Shown: one piece after another, positions 13,425 to 29,462 of the stretch
Numbering within the stretch: the stretch's first letter is position 1
Layout of the letters: the number at the start of each line of letters is the position of its first letter
Assembly (NCBI GenBank): GCA_951406725.2
Contig: OX597825.1
Location: 76,756,001-76,820,000 of the forward strand
Direction of reading: 5' to 3'
Length of the DNA stretch: 64,000 nucleotides
Source: Octopus vulgaris
Taxonomy: Eukaryota
Program-made: the position numbers and the translations under genes
The notes under the pieces: model-generated
What the model was told of the DNA's origin: nothing
Databases searched by the model: none
Seen by the model: only the letters and a program-made list of their open reading frames with translations

Positions 13425-14018
13425 ATACTAAATATACATAAGTGAAAAATAAAATAATACTTAAATTATTAAATACTTTAAAATTAAATAAAATACACGA
13501 AGCTAGTTCAAGTCATTAAATTGTAATCAAAATAAGAAATGGTTCAAATATAGACAAACTCCTTAAATAAGCTAACCATATAATAAATATACATGTGTAG
13601 TATCAATAGATTTAATATAACAATCTATTACAAAGTTGACTAAATAACAAATAATATAATACCTAATTAACTTAAAATTTAATATTACAAATACTAATAA
13701 TAAAATAATATATTGTCTGACGAAATTAATTCTTAAATTAAATTAATGTAGTATATTAGATCCCTTTACATATAAATATATATATACATATACATATATA
13801 TATTTATATATACATATATACATATATAAGAATTAATATCTATCGTAACTTATATCTATCAATATATATAAAAAGATATAATAGCGGGAATAATATGTTA
13901 ATGGAAAGTAAGAAAACCTATCAACCCCAAAAATAAAGAAAGGTGTAATCGACTGGCCCTTCCCCCCAAAATTTCGGGCCTTAAGCATGGAGTGGGAAAG
14001 AATTTTGATGCCTGGGGA

Positions 14019-14230
14019 AAGCGGTGAGCTGACAGAATAGTTAGCATGCTGGACAAATTACTTAGTGGCATTTCGTCCGACTTTACGTTCTGCGTTTAAA
14101 TCCCTCCTCGGTCGACTTTGCCTTTCATCGTTTCGGGGTCGATAAAATAAATACCACTTGAACACGGAGATCGATATAATCGACTTATCTCAAACTTGCT
14201 GGTCTTGTGCCAAAATATGAAACCATTATT
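14019..14230 (+). mobile_element. SINE family A, alternative tail (cttgtgccaaaat.tgaaacc)
   Basis: Head plus gtcgactttgcctttcatc.tttcggggtcgataaaataa core. Confidence 0.88.
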
Positions 14231-14784
14231 GATGATTGAGTTGGGATTCAACGTAGCTATCTAAAGAGTCGATAAACATAAATTTTTATTGTCCTTTATC
14301 AATTTTGTTAAGGATTTTCATTAAGTTTCTTAAATATTTCTTATTAAAAAGCAGTAATGGCACAAAAGAAAGAGAGAATTATTGTTTTTAAATCATAGAA
14401 TATTTTTTTATTAATTATTGTTTTTCCTTTTATTTACGGAATTTACAAGATGAGATCAATAAGTTATCCACAATTCTATGAAGGCGTTCAATGATAAAAA
14501 AATATTTGCCGACTCCTGATCTCTGTTGGTCAAACATCTGCACATATACATGCTGGGATTGGTAATGATACTTTTGTAGAAGTCTAACAGTTACACATGC
14601 GTGCAATTCTCCCTTCTTCACTACATCCGATATTTAACCAAGGAAAGGTTATCGACTTGGGCCGATAGAACTTCATACCAATGTCTTCGCAGACTTCGTT
14701 TTGAGAATGCAAAGAATTGGAAGAGATACCAAAAGGCATCATGCTAAACCCCCTGACTATTCTACGAATTCATCGCCCTGGATT

Positions 14785-15095
14785 GTCACTATCTATTTCT
14801 CAACTTTGAAAGGGATAGTCGATCTCAGCAGGATTTGAACTCACGGCGCGAAGAGCGAGAATAAGTGCAGCGAAGCATACCATCTAACTCTTTAACGATT
14901 CTGTCAATATGTGATCGTTAATGGTTTCAGATAGTTTCAAATTTTGGTACGGGGTCATCGGTTTCAGTGGGTGGGAGTTAATCGATTACATTAACTCCCA
15001 GTATTCAACCGGGAGTTATTTTATCGACCCCGAAAGAATGAAAGGTAAAATTAACTTCGGTGTCACTTGAACTCAGAACATAAAGAGCGGGAAGA
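14785..15095 (-). mobile_element. Two tandem diverged SINE family A copies
   Basis: atttgaactca and ttatcgaccccgaaagaatgaaagg motifs. Confidence 0.7.
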
Positions 15096-15154
15096 CATGA
15101 CACTGACATGAAGGTCTTTTAAGAAAATAGCCTCAATAAAGAAAATTGAAACAA

Positions 15155-15303
<149 letters not shown>

Positions 15304-16053
15304 ATATATGTATATTTATATAAGTATATATATAGTTCTATACACACACACACATTTATACATGAACGCGCGAGTATCTATGTATATGTGAATACGCGCG
15401 TGCGCATGTGTCACGATAGAAAAATCACTTGACCAAGATGGCTAGGCAATAAGATCGATGTCGTAATAATAATAATAATCACGTGGTTGTGAAAGAAACT
15501 TGTTAAATACGCGGTCAAGCCTACGTCCATGATAAAAAATGTCTGTGTGTAGTTTAATAAATATCTAAGTTATGTTTGAAATTTTTGATCGAATTCCTTT
15601 AACAAGAGAAATATCAGTGATGCTAGGAAATCGAACACTCGACTGGTGAATTAGTATAGATTTCAAGGTCAAAATACTGAACAATTTTACAGTCTGGCTG
15701 TTGATATTAAATATTGTAGGAAAAGCAAAGAAAGCGAATATTCGACACTCTCCTCTCTTCGTTTCCGACATAATGTAATATAGCTTGAACATGATAAATG
15801 ATTGTTTCTGTGTGATAAATGGCCGTTAAATGTCTAGAACTTTCTTTAGGCCCATTCATCAAACATCTTCCATTCTTCTACTCCTGCTTTTTTTTTCCTC
15901 TTCTGCTTTCGTTTCTTTCATTCTTTCCTTCTTTCTCTCCTTTCTTTTTCCATTCCATTCTGACCGGTTCGCTTTATATATGTAATATATTTGCTTATCT
16001 TATATATAATTATTAATATATATGTGTGTCTGTGTGTGTTACACACATGTATG

Positions 16054-16087
<34 letters not shown>

Positions 16088-16170
16088 ACATTTTATAAAC
16101 TTATAAACACACAGAATGTATGTATGTATATGTATGTATGTGTCTGAATATATACGTGTGTATGCATATA

Positions 16171-16231
<61 letters not shown>

Positions 16232-16844
16232 GTATATATATACATACATACATACGGACATCCAGCCATCCATCCATCCATACATACATATATATATATA
16301 TATATACATACATACATACATACATACATACATACATACATACATACATACATACATACATACATACATACATACAGGGGTATGGCGGGTGTATATGCAA
16401 TACGAAAAGAAAAAAAGTCTTCACCTTTGTCAGGAGCTTTTGCGTTGCTGCTCGACCTGTTATAAATAGCAGATGAAATCAACTCCAAATCACATCTTAT
16501 CATCTAAAGAAAAGCGGGGAAATTACTTGTTAATATAATCCAAGATACAAAATATATATAAATAATAATAATAATAATTGCGTAGTTATCCGCGAAGCTG
16601 GATCGTCTTTGATAATCTTTTTGTTGAAATAGGGATCATAGTTGAAATAGGGTTAAGATCAGCAAGAACCCTCACCGTTACCCCTTATTAATAAAAAACA
16701 AAACAAAAACAACATTAATTTTGGGGGTGGGAGGTTATATATTTTACGGGTAACAAAGATGAAATCGGCATGAGTCCTAAGTCAGTTACAAGCGGTTAAA
16801 TCTCACATTTAAATTTTAATTATAACTTGTTTTGGAGTCACACG

Positions 16845-16917
<73 letters not shown>

Positions 16918-16963
16918 ATATCAGTATATATATGTGTGTATATGTGTGTATATACACATATTT

Positions 16964-17075
<112 letters not shown>

Positions 17076-17121
17076 GCATGTGTGTATACACACACACACA
17101 CTCACACATATATATGTATAT

Positions 17122-17345
17122 ACAACTGGTACTCAGTCGGTGCGCCAGTTACGATGAGAAGGGTCCAATTTGATCCGGCCAACGAAATGGCCCTCTCCTG
17201 AAATTATCTGCAGTTATAGGTACACCGCATGTAGTTCTGAGGGTTAAGACTGGTCCTTTGAAATAAAGGCGTAACTCATTTTTGCCAGCTGAGCGAATAT
17301 AAGGTGTCTTGATGAAAGACACAGCGTAACGCCGGAAATCGAACG
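17122..17345 (-). mobile_element. SINE family C, diverged
   Basis: Matches the reverse complement of the tail and body of 45236-45557 and 50275-50580. Confidence 0.6.
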
Positions 17346-17616
17346 CAGCGTTGTTTTTCGTCATCGGAGAACAACTCCTCTTTTCAGACGATGTCTGTTC
17401 ACAAAATCAGCGATCCAGCATTATAAGAAGGCTTTTAGACATATTACTACGTGCCTCCTCTGTAAAGGCCCTCCCGCTGGGCCCATGAGTCGAACCAGAG
17501 CATCTGTTCTTGTATATAGGAATTAGCGAACCAGAGTGTGTGCAGAATCTTGCTGATGCCACTTCCCCCCCACACACACGCGCGTACGCACACACACACA
17601 CACACACATATATATT

Positions 17617-17657
<41 letters not shown>

Positions 17658-17744
17658 GCATATATGTGTGTGTGTATGTATGTATGTGTATGTTTGTATA
17701 TGTATGTACGTGTATGTATATATATACATACACACGCACACACG

Positions 17745-17802
<58 letters not shown>

Positions 17803-18050
17803 CATACGTCCCTTAATCTCGTAAAAAACGTCTGCACCTTCCAGTAATCAAATCTATATATATATATATTGCATTTTAAATGAGGCATTCATACGCGCTG
17901 AAAGTTCTGCTGTGTCATATTTGCAGAGTAAGTACGTATTAGAACAAAAAATGGTAAGTTTGATTTATTTTTGGTATTTAGAAATATATGTATATAAAAA
18001 TATACCAAACTTCCCCTTCTTTGTTTTAATACGTACATAGATACATACAT

Positions 18051-18086
<36 letters not shown>

Positions 18087-18276
18087 GTATATATTCATAT
18101 ATACATTTACATATATGCAAAGAGCAGTCGCCATATCTTCTCCACTAATTGCTAACTCTGAAGACCGCAGGGTTAAATAATCGAGCTGTTATCTAACATC
18201 CCGTTCAACCCTTAGTGCGAAATCGATTGACAAGGTCGGCCGTAATGGATATATATTCCCATACACTTCGATTAAT

Positions 18277-18334
<58 letters not shown>

Positions 18335-19026
18335 GTCTATGCTTGCATTGTGCCTATACACATATACTACAAACTCTGAGTAGCTATGGACCCAAACTAC
18401 TGTGGCTTACTGTCATATCAAGTTAGCTCACTGTATGTAAGCTATTTTGCATTCCTTGCATTTTGGGAACTCACCTCTTTACTTTAAAGCGGTCAGCTCG
18501 ACCTTAATGAACGGCCAGAGAGAAAATGGAGAGTAAGGAGAAGGGAGAAGAAGAAGAAAAGGCGGATAAATATCAGATATAATCTTTATACATACATATG
18601 TATCTATATCTATATCTATATATATATATATATATATCAGTGTGCGCGTGCGTGCATGTATGTGTATACATATGTATATATATATATATATGAGATTGAA
18701 AAATAAAAATAATAATAATAATAATAAAGATAAAGACAACTGCTTAGTCAGGCAGACTTTCAGCAACGTAGTAGCTTAAGATCTTTCAGTATTGTTTCAT
18801 TGAGTAGGATTTTCAGTTGTTTGTGTTATTGATCACGTAATTGTATTGATCATCTAATTGTAATTAAGTGAACACAAGACTTACATTAATCTTGCCATGC
18901 TTTCACTTGGGTCAGAGTGAAGAAAAGCCGAAAAGATCTTTTGAATCGATTTGGGTGATGGTAGTGGCTTAGCTTAGCTTAGATCTCGAGCGAGATCTAA
19001 ATAAGTAGCGCTAAGTCTTCGCCCTC

Positions 19027-19070
<44 letters not shown>

Positions 19071-19792
19071 CAATCACCCACATTTATACAGTCGTTGTTG
19101 TTGCTATTGTTGTTGTGGCAATAGTTTGGTCGAAATCGTTTGAACATCGGACGAAATGCTAAACGGCATTTCCTCCGGCTCTTTACATACTCAGTTCAAA
19201 TCTCGTAGAAGGAGACTCTACCTTTTATCTTTTCAAGGTCAAAATTGCTGGCCTTGTGCCAAAATTACGAGTTGTTGTTGTTGTTGTTGTTTTTCTTCTT
19301 CTTCTTCTTCTTCTTCTTCTTCTTCTTCTCCTCCTACCCCTCCTCCTCCTCCTCCTCCTTCTTCTCCTCCCCCTCCTCTTCCTTCTCCCCTCTCTTCCTC
19401 CTCCTCCTCCTCCTCCTCCTCCTTCTTCTTCTTCTTCTTCTTCTTCTTCTCCTTCTCCTTCTTCTCCTCCTCCTCCTCCTCCTCCTCCTCCTTCTTCTTC
19501 ATCTGTCAACAGTTTGGCTGAATGGTTAGAGCATCGGACAAAAAATTCTTATCGGCATTTCCTCCGGCTCTTTTATCTTCTGTTGATATTTTTGGGCCAA
19601 CACTGCTTATTGAGACAATTACAAACAACTCCTCTACGGCGGGATGTTTGCGGACAGAAAAGAAAGAGTCCATTGTATCTAGGTTACAGCTACTTAATGC
19701 ACTTGAATCCAGTAGCTGTGTACCTTCCTTAACAATCAGCAGTTAATACACCAGCGTACACTGAACATTGGCCTATCTAGTATTCTTTAATC

Positions 19793-19916
19793 CAGGTGTG
19801 GGCAAACTGCGGCCCGCGGAGCTTTTGAATGTCACGCCTGAGCGATAAATTGCCATGAAGATTTTGGGTAGTGCGACCCGTTTGATGGTCAGCCACGCCT
19901 TGAGTGTCCATGTCTG
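19793..19916. mobile_element. hAT (Charlie/Buster-type) MITE, ~124 bp
   Basis: Left end CAGGTGTGGGCAAACTGCGGCCCGCGG is typical of this group; right end (reverse complement CAGACATGGACAC) is an imperfect TIR; 8-bp flanks ctttaatc / cttaaaac match 6/8. Confidence 0.65.
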
Positions 19917-20127
19917 CTTAAAACTCTGTTGTTTGTGGCTTTATATGTAATGATATCAAAAGCAACAGCAAGAATAATACCACTACCACCACCACCACCA
20001 CCACCAATAACAACAACAACGGCAACACGATCTGCCAAATGCTAATAGAACAATACAACCATGACTACCACTAGCAACCATCGCCAATATAATCAGCACC
20101 ACAAGCAACACTTCTCCTACTGTAAGC

Positions 20128-20497
20128 AGCTCCACCGCTATCATCATTACCACCACCACCACCACCACCACCACCACCACCACCACCACCACCACCACCA
20201 CCACCACCACCACCACCACCACCACCACCACCACCACCACTACCACCACCACTACCACCACCACCACCACCACCATCACCACTACCACCACCACCACCAC
20301 CACCACCACCAACCACCACCACCACCACCACCACCACCACTACCACTACCACCACCACCACCACCACCACCACCACCACCACCACCACCACCACCACCCC
20401 CACCACCACCACCACCACCACCACCACCACCACCACCACCACCACCACCACCACCACCACCACCACCACCACCACCACCACCACCACCACCACCACC
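20128..20497. repeat. ~370-bp (CAC)n trinucleotide array
   Basis: Directly visible; source of the poly-H/P/V/W ORFs. Confidence 0.98.
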
Positions 20498-20809
20498 AGT
20501 GATCTTTTATTAACTTTCTCGTTCTGTTGACCTGACCTCTGTCCATTTCCAGTTTAAACCCGATGACATTTATAATAAGAAAATAAATAGATATAAATAA
20601 ATAAAAAATCTAAAATGAGCGCTAATTAAATATGTCAGCTTAGTAGAAACTGTATATAGAACTAATTGTAGTAATAGTAGTGGTGGTGGTGGTGGTGGTA
20701 TGTTATCGATGATACTCGTGCATTTTATTGATTTCTTGCTTTGTCGGACAAGCTTAGCTGTCAGATGTAAGGTCCGAGAAAAGACGCAAGAAGCTTTGAT
20801 AGTCCTTCT

Positions 20810-21099
20810 TATCTTTTGTATTTTACATATTTCATTCATCGGATTGCGGCCATGCAGGAGCACCGCCTTGAATGGTTTCGATTGAGCGAATCGTCACCAG
20901 TTCTTTATTCATCTCTTTTAAGCATGGTAATTACTCTATCGAACAAATCGACCTCAGTAATTATTTTTTTAAAGCCTGGCATTGTTCGATCGATTTCTTT
21001 AGCCGAACCGCTAAGCTACAGGGATGTAAACACACCAACACCGGTTGTCAAGCGGTGATGGGGTACAAATACAGACACAAAGACACACACATATGTATA

Positions 21100-21137
<38 letters not shown>

Positions 21138-21270
21138 CATATATACGATGGGCTTCTTTCAGTTTCCGTCTACCAAATCCACTTTACTACGATAGTAGAA
21201 GACACTTGCCCTAGTTGCCATGCTGAGGGACTGAACCCCAAACCACACAGCCAGGATCATACAACCACGA
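20810..21270 (-). mobile_element. SINE family B, near full length, internal (TA)n
   Basis: Both halves are present, separated by a microsatellite at ~21085-21145. Confidence 0.88.
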
Positions 21271-21857
21271 TTTATGTTGTATGATGTTTGACACAGTTTC
21301 GGTCTCTGAAGTCCAGTCATAAGGCGTCGGGTGGCCGGAGGCTATAGCAGAAGTTGCTATCGCTTAGTTCCAGAAGTGCAAAAAAGAGCCCTAGGGTTCT
21401 TTCATGGCCTATAACACTAGTTGGAAAGTTCATTACTCTTTAGCGTTTCCAAGGTAGGCGGATAGGGAATGGAAGGTATTATCCTTAGAGCTGTGGTCTT
21501 CCGCATTTCTTATAACAGAGAAAACTTCGCTAAAATATGCCCAATCGCATGTGGGCTTATTCTATCGGGTGACTAATGAAATTGCAATTCAAAAATAGAT
21601 TTAACCCCTGCGAAGGGGTTCCACATAGTTGCCACCTATTCAAAATTTAACTTAGAAGAATTTAGTCGTACCGAGTTTAAGAAAGAAAACTCATACTGTG
21701 CTTTGAGATCGAACCTCAAACCCTGCTGTAAACTGAAAGTTTTAGTTACTATTTAAAACACTGGGTTTTGCTGAATTATGAAGAATGTTTTTTTTTTAGT
21801 ATTTAATCCTAGAAAAATGGATAGTTCTTTAAGCAGAGTAAGTTATAACACTTTATA

Positions 21858-22073
21858 CAAGGAGGTGCTGAAAAATTCTTGGCTTTGGGTAAAAGAAAAT
21901 ACAGGAGGATCAGTTAATTATGATTTTATTCAACATATTCCCCTCTCAGATCCACACACTTATTGCAGCGGTCCTTAAGTTTTTCTAAGCCCTGTAAAGG
22001 GATTCGGAAGTTTGGGCATCCAACCTGGCCTTTCGCGACACTCTAAAAGCCAGGAACTTTTCAGCAACCCTTG
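21858..22073. mobile_element. Tc1/mariner-type MITE, ~216 bp
   Basis: ~29-bp imperfect TIRs caaggaggtgctgaaaaattcttggcttt / aaagccaggaacttttcagcaacccttg; TA on the left flank; second copy at 45701-45840. Confidence 0.85.
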
Positions 22074-22461
22074 ATAGAAGCCGATTTGACTAATTTTTGG
22101 AATAAGGTTTTGCAGATGGGTTCACGAAAGGAAAAGGGGAGTGAAGGGACATTTCTAAGGAATATACAGTTCACAGTTGGGGTGTGGGGTAATTACCTAC
22201 GTGTGTGTGTGTGTGTGTGGGGGTGTATTCTCACATATGTATGTGTATTCGTGTTACGTTTTAAATAAATATGTCAGTGTGTGCACATGACATGCGTGTA
22301 TATGTGTGTGTGTGTGTTATGTAAATAATGAGAGAAATAAATAACTAAATAAATAAATGAAGCAAACAAGGAAAGAGAAAGAGAAAGAAAGCGAGCAAGA
22401 AAGAAAGAAAGGAAGGGAGGGGTGGAAGACGGTTTGACTATATGTGTTAATATGTTATTGA

Positions 22462-22520
<59 letters not shown>

Positions 22521-22682
22521 TGTGTGCGATAGAGCGTGTAAGGAAAAGGGAAAAAAGAGAGCGAGAAAAGAAAAGTCAAAGCTGCACTAGAGAAAATAGA
22601 GAGAGGTGGAGGAAGGAAAGAGGTAGTGGTAGGAGACAGTGAGAATGAGAGAAAGGAAGAACGAACAAGAAAGCGTGCGAAA

Positions 22683-22739
<57 letters not shown>

Positions 22740-22775
22740 AGACATAGAGAAGAAAAGAAAAAGAGAAAAGGAGAG

Positions 22776-22806
<31 letters not shown>

Positions 22807-23193
22807 TGCCGAAAGACAGTCCTGCGCAAAATCAGAGAAGCAGACGTACATAGAGACGGTGTCGACATTAATACACTAAGACAAAAGGTAATCTTTGAGA
22901 GACTGTCGACCAAGGCTTTGATTTAGTATGGTAATTTATTAATCTGAGCAGCCACTGTATTCAAATGTTGTTGCAGATATTAGGTCAGTCAGTTGTATGT
23001 ATCTTTGTATAGTTACACTGAATTTGCAGACGACACTTTCCACCATTATGTTTTTTAATTTGTCTGTCTCTCCGCATTATTTGCTGGACTATAAGCATTC
23101 TCCTCTGCGATATATGTATATATTCAGATGTGCTTGTATGTGCATAATACATACAAGCACACGCTAACGCACAGATATGTATGTATACATACA

Positions 23194-23245
<52 letters not shown>

Positions 23246-23651
23246 CATACATACATATATACATACATACATACATATATATGTATGTATGTATGTATAT
23301 ATATATATATGTATATATATATATACAGACAAACAAACGTACGTATATATTTACACATACAGGCACAGAGATATTCAAAGATACTCTTTCACACACAGGC
23401 GTCTATAGATATCTGTTACATAAAAATTACGCACACTTTATGCATACACAAATGCATATATGCTTGCATGCTTCTATGTAGTATGTGTGTGTGTGGATGG
23501 GGGGTGATGCAGACTATGTGTCCTTGTGGCCCGCAGTTTGGTTCCTGTTTTTTGTTTTCCATTCAAGTTTTTTTTTATGCTTTATCCAGTCTATTACATG
23601 ATACTATTTATAGCTGTAGTCACTTCAAGATTCACCGTCAAGATTAATTTA

Positions 23652-23712
<61 letters not shown>

Positions 23713-23888
23713 TACACACACAAATGCACACACACAATTTAATATATGTCAAAGGAATAAGATATTAAGCAATGTACTTCATTAGGTTACAGCGGTTTCT
23801 GCTGTAAGATGTAGTGCACTCAGAGGTGTGTTTGTTTGTGCATCACTTTATTGCTTCCTCAGAGCTTATGTAATGCATACATACATAG

Positions 23889-23927
<39 letters not shown>

Positions 23928-24352
23928 CACACACATAATACATACATACATAGACGCATACATACATATCAATCTTGAAAAATTAGGCTTCTCAAAACCA
24001 GAAAGGAGAAAGCTAATTCGAAGACTACAGATTTAATCCATCACTGGAACTGTAAAAATCTGCAAAACATTCCAGAAGTTTATCATTTAAACATATATGT
24101 GCATGTCTAGATATGCAACTATATGCATGAAAATACATACATAAAACATATGAATCTGCACATACATACCTTCATACATAATACATACATACAAACATAC
24201 ATGCATACATACATACATACAAACATACAAACAAAAATACCCTTTTGTTAATGTTGAAATTCCAATAAAGAAGCCTTGGATCTAGATTAGAAACCGGTTC
24301 TTTCTCTGTTGGGAAGAACTCTTGAAATAAACTGAATAATGACACACGCATA

Positions 24353-25120
24353 TACATACATACATACATACATACATACATACATACATACATACATACA
24401 TACATACATACTTATATACATACATACATACAAGCATACAAGCATACAAGCATACATACATACATACATACAAACATACATACATACATACATACATACA
24501 TACATACATACATGCATGCATATATACATACATACATACATACATACATACATACATACATACATACATACATACATACATACATACATACATACATACA
24601 TACATACATACATACATACATACATGCATGCATGCATACATACATACATACATACATATATACATACATACATACATGCATATATACATACATACATACA
24701 TACATACATACATACATACATACATACATACATACATACATACATACATACATACATACATACATACATACATACATACATACATACATACATACATACA
24801 TACATACATACATACATACATACATACATACATACATACATACATACATACATACATACACACACACATACATACATACATACATACATACATGCATATA
24901 TACATACATGCATACATACATACATACATACATACATACATACATACATACATACATACATACATACATACATGCATGCATGCATGCATACATACATACA
25001 TACATGCATACATACATACATACATACATACATACATACATACATACATACATACATACATACATACATACATACATACATACATACATACATACATACA
25101 TACATACATACATACATACA

Positions 25121-25150
<30 letters not shown>
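24353..25150. repeat. ~800-bp (TACA)n tetranucleotide array
   Basis: Directly visible; source of the MYVC/YIHT ORFs. Confidence 0.98.
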
Positions 25151-25151
<1 letters not shown>

Positions 25152-25956
25152 TACATCTCAGACAAACAGCCACATCTTAGTAAATATCCATATGCATGTT
25201 AAAAAAAATCTTCTAATGACGTTTTAACAATGATGACAGACATCTTGGTTTGCTATTTTCATGAACATGACTATGTCCTTCCTTAGAAGTAAACTCTCAA
25301 TGACTTTACAGGTGTCGTTGTTTATCGATCAAACTGTAATAGCAATTTCCTTCATGAGATGAGATTTATTCAGACCTAGTGTACCCGGGCTACATTACTT
25401 ATTTGCACATTCTTTACGGTTGATGTTTAATCGAAGCACAATTTAAGTCCATCAGACGTTCCAGTTGTGGCAATCACCGCGACATATTGCTCAATTCAAG
25501 ACTAGACGGCACTGGGTGTCATTCCTCATTTAAGACAGTAGGGTGAGATTTAAAGGGTGATGCAGCTGTTATTTCTAGCAGGGTGAGAAACCGCATAAAG
25601 GCTTCATCCTTAGCGGGTAGGCATGTGCATTTGTGGGTATGTGAGAATAACAAAGATAAAAATATGACACACCCCTTCTCCCCCCGCACCCACCTCTTCC
25701 TCTGCTACCTCTTCATCCTCCTCTTTTCTCTCCTCACCTACCTCTTCTTCTTCTTCCTCTTCCTCCGCCACTTATTTCAATTCTGTTACTTTTCCTTCTA
25801 CACTGACATCTAACCGAAAGAATTTCGACCTTAGTGTATGTTGTTTACGTAAGTGCATGCTATAATGCATGTGTGTGTGTGCACGCATATGTAAGTCTGT
25901 AGGATGAGTATATTTCCATGCGCATTATGTGTCTATGTGTGTGCGTACATGCGTAG

Positions 25957-25988
<32 letters not shown>

Positions 25989-26177
25989 TACTTTGGGAAT
26001 TTCATTTAGAGAGATGAAAGCATGAGTTAGGTGAAGCGTTACAAAAGACAGTTTTAACGTATCGAGGTTGTACCATCTGCTGACTGCTTACTCGTCTTAC
26101 CGCCACCGTTTTACAATTAACCTATATATTATACCACACATACATACATACGTACATACATACATACACACGTACAA

Positions 26178-26209
<32 letters not shown>

Positions 26210-26220
26210 GTTTATATAGG

Positions 26221-26278
<58 letters not shown>

Positions 26279-26322
26279 TATATATATATACATATATATA
26301 TGTGTATATATATATATACATG

Positions 26323-26377
<55 letters not shown>

Positions 26378-26811
26378 GTATATATATACATTTATGTATA
26401 TATATGTATACACACACATATATATAGTACATGTGTGCATATATGTATGCATGTATGTATATATATATGTACATATATGTATATGCATATGTGTGTATAT
26501 TCATATATATATATATCTATATATATATATATATATATATATGCACATATGTGTGTATACATGTATTCAAATACTGATATATATTCATATGTCCTTCTCT
26601 CTCGCACTCCCTTTCTCCCCACCCCTATTTCTCTCTCCCTCTCCCTCTCTGTCTGTCTGTCTGTCCATCTGTCTGTCTGTCTCTCTCTGTATACATAAGT
26701 ATATAGACACATAAGTATATATCAATATTTGTTCAGTACTATCTATGTCTCTATTTCTGCAAATATATATACATATATACACACATACAGACATACATAC
26801 ATATAGCTGTA

Positions 26812-26823
26812 TGTGTGTATTTG

Positions 26824-26857
<34 letters not shown>

Positions 26858-26935
26858 CAAATACACACACATTTGGGTGTATATATATGTATTTGGGTAT
26901 ATATATATATATATATATATATATACCCAAATACA
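26812..26935. repeat. Two perfect palindromes centred on (TA)n
   Basis: tgtgtgtatttggg(TA)15cccaaatacacaca at 26812-26869; tgtatttggg(TA)14cccaaataca at 26888-26935. Confidence 0.9.
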
Positions 26936-26957
26936 CACACACAGACATATATACATC

Positions 26958-27018
<61 letters not shown>

Positions 27019-27469
27019 GCATATGTGCATATCTGCAGGTATTAGGCATATATATGTTAAAATCAAGCGGCATGTATTTAGAACACATGCCCTAATTAAA
27101 GCGAACAGACTGTGATTTACATCAGATTAATTAGCAACGCTGTATTAGTATTGATTTCTTCATTAGTGGAGTTCACTTATGTGAAACAGTTTATTGTCTG
27201 ATGCCAAAAGAAATCACACAGATCCGGCATGAGTCGAATATAACCAATTCCATCCGATTAAACTCGTTCGTTGAGCGAAATACATGAATGTGTACGTTAT
27301 ACGAATTGGTGGACGTATATGTGTGTTTGAGTTTGTAGGTATGAGTATGTCGATGTTCATATACGTAAACGTACACACACACACACTCATATAAAGCTAT
27401 GTACATACATATATATATATGAATAAATATATATACATATATATATGTACATGGATATGTACCTATGTA

Positions 27470-27508
<39 letters not shown>

Positions 27509-27527
27509 ATATATTCCTCTTGCTCTC

Positions 27528-27594
<67 letters not shown>

Positions 27595-27636
27595 TAATAA
27601 TAATATTAATAATAATAATAATAATAATATACAATA

Positions 27637-27744
<108 letters not shown>

Positions 27745-27759
27745 CTCTTGCTCTATATG

Positions 27760-27813
<54 letters not shown>

Positions 27814-27826
27814 TAATAATAATAAT

Positions 27827-27880
<54 letters not shown>

Positions 27881-28079
27881 GTAGTGTACTAAATATGAAA
27901 AAATAAATAAATGAACATACAGCTAAACTATGTATTTTTATACAGTTATAGAGTACTGTCAATACATCTTATAGCATCAGAGTTGCTTGAAGCAGTTGGA
28001 CATATACAAGCACAAACACTCACACACATGCATATAACATACAGATGAGCGCAAGCGCGCGTGTGTATACATATATATT

Positions 28080-28477
28080 AGGCGCAGGTGTGGTTGTATG
28101 TTAAGAAATTTGCTTCCCAACTATATGCACCCGGTTTCAATCCCACTGCGTGGCACCTTCGATAAGATTCATCCTACAATAAACTCGGCCTGACCAAAGC
28201 CTTGTGGGGCGATTTGGCACAAAGAATCAAAAAAGGATTTCGTCGTATATTGTGAATGCGGGGTTTTGCGTATGTTTGTCCACCACCATCGCTTGACAAC
28301 CGGTTCTGGTGTTTTTACGTCCCACTGACTATGCAGTTCGGCAAAAGAGACTGCTAGAATAAGTACCAGGTTTTATAAAAGAATAAGTGTTGGTGTCTAT
28401 TCATACGACTAAAATTCTTTAAACGGTGATCCAGCGTGGCCACAGTCTAATGACTGAAAAAGTAAAAGATAAAAGAT
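28080..28477 (+). mobile_element. SINE family B, full length, short internal linker
   Basis: aggcgcaggtgtggttgtatg head through tgactgaaaaagtaaaagat tail. Confidence 0.9.
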
Positions 28478-28813
28478 ATATATGTATGTGTATGTATATA
28501 TCTATCTATCTTAGGACATTATTGCCCGAGGTTTCTGTGGTCTTTTCCATAGGCTTTTCCTTCCACGGATAAACCTAATCTGTTTTTCTTTTTTATAACA
28601 TTTATGATATTTTCTGTGATACACAATTCCTTTCGATTGCCCCCCCACTTTTTTTCACGATCCCATTTGATCGAAATTTTACTTTTCTTCTTATTTTCTT
28701 CTCTCAAAAAGAAAAGCTCTACATTGTATTTTGTCCCGTCTGTGTTCGGCCCTGTGTGGCTAATAAAGAAACACATCTATCTATCTGTCTGACTGTCTTT
28801 CTGTCTCTGTCTT

Positions 28814-28862
<49 letters not shown>

Positions 28863-29310
28863 GTCTGTCAGTCTCTCTCTCTCAATCTATCAATCTATCC
28901 ATCCAGCTATTTATATGTCAGTCTATCCTTCAGCTTACATATTTTCTTTCTTTTTCTATTTTAGGTAAGTACCAAGGAATTTTACTATGGACTTAAAGAA
29001 TACTTGCTATGTTATATTTTTGATATTTATCGAATGTTTACGATCGTTGTGAACAATTATTGGTAAGTAAGACCTTCATGATATTCCTCTGGTAATAGGC
29101 AGACATGGAAAGAACTTTTAAAGCCAAGATTCCATTTTGTTCTTAAAAATAACGGCGCAGGGTATTTTCGTTTTGTCTGATTTGTTTTCTAAACTTAATT
29201 TAAGTAAATGATTACTGATATCGATCAACTGCATGTTCTATCATTTATTCAATCCAATAATCGATCTTTCTTTCTGCCTGTTTGTCTGTTTGTCTGTCTG
29301 TTTTTCTCCC

Positions 29311-29462
<152 letters not shown>

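Noticed and set aside
14430-14670. Possible RT fragment (KAFN...SPFFTTSDI/QG)
   Set aside because: Too degenerate to support by eye.
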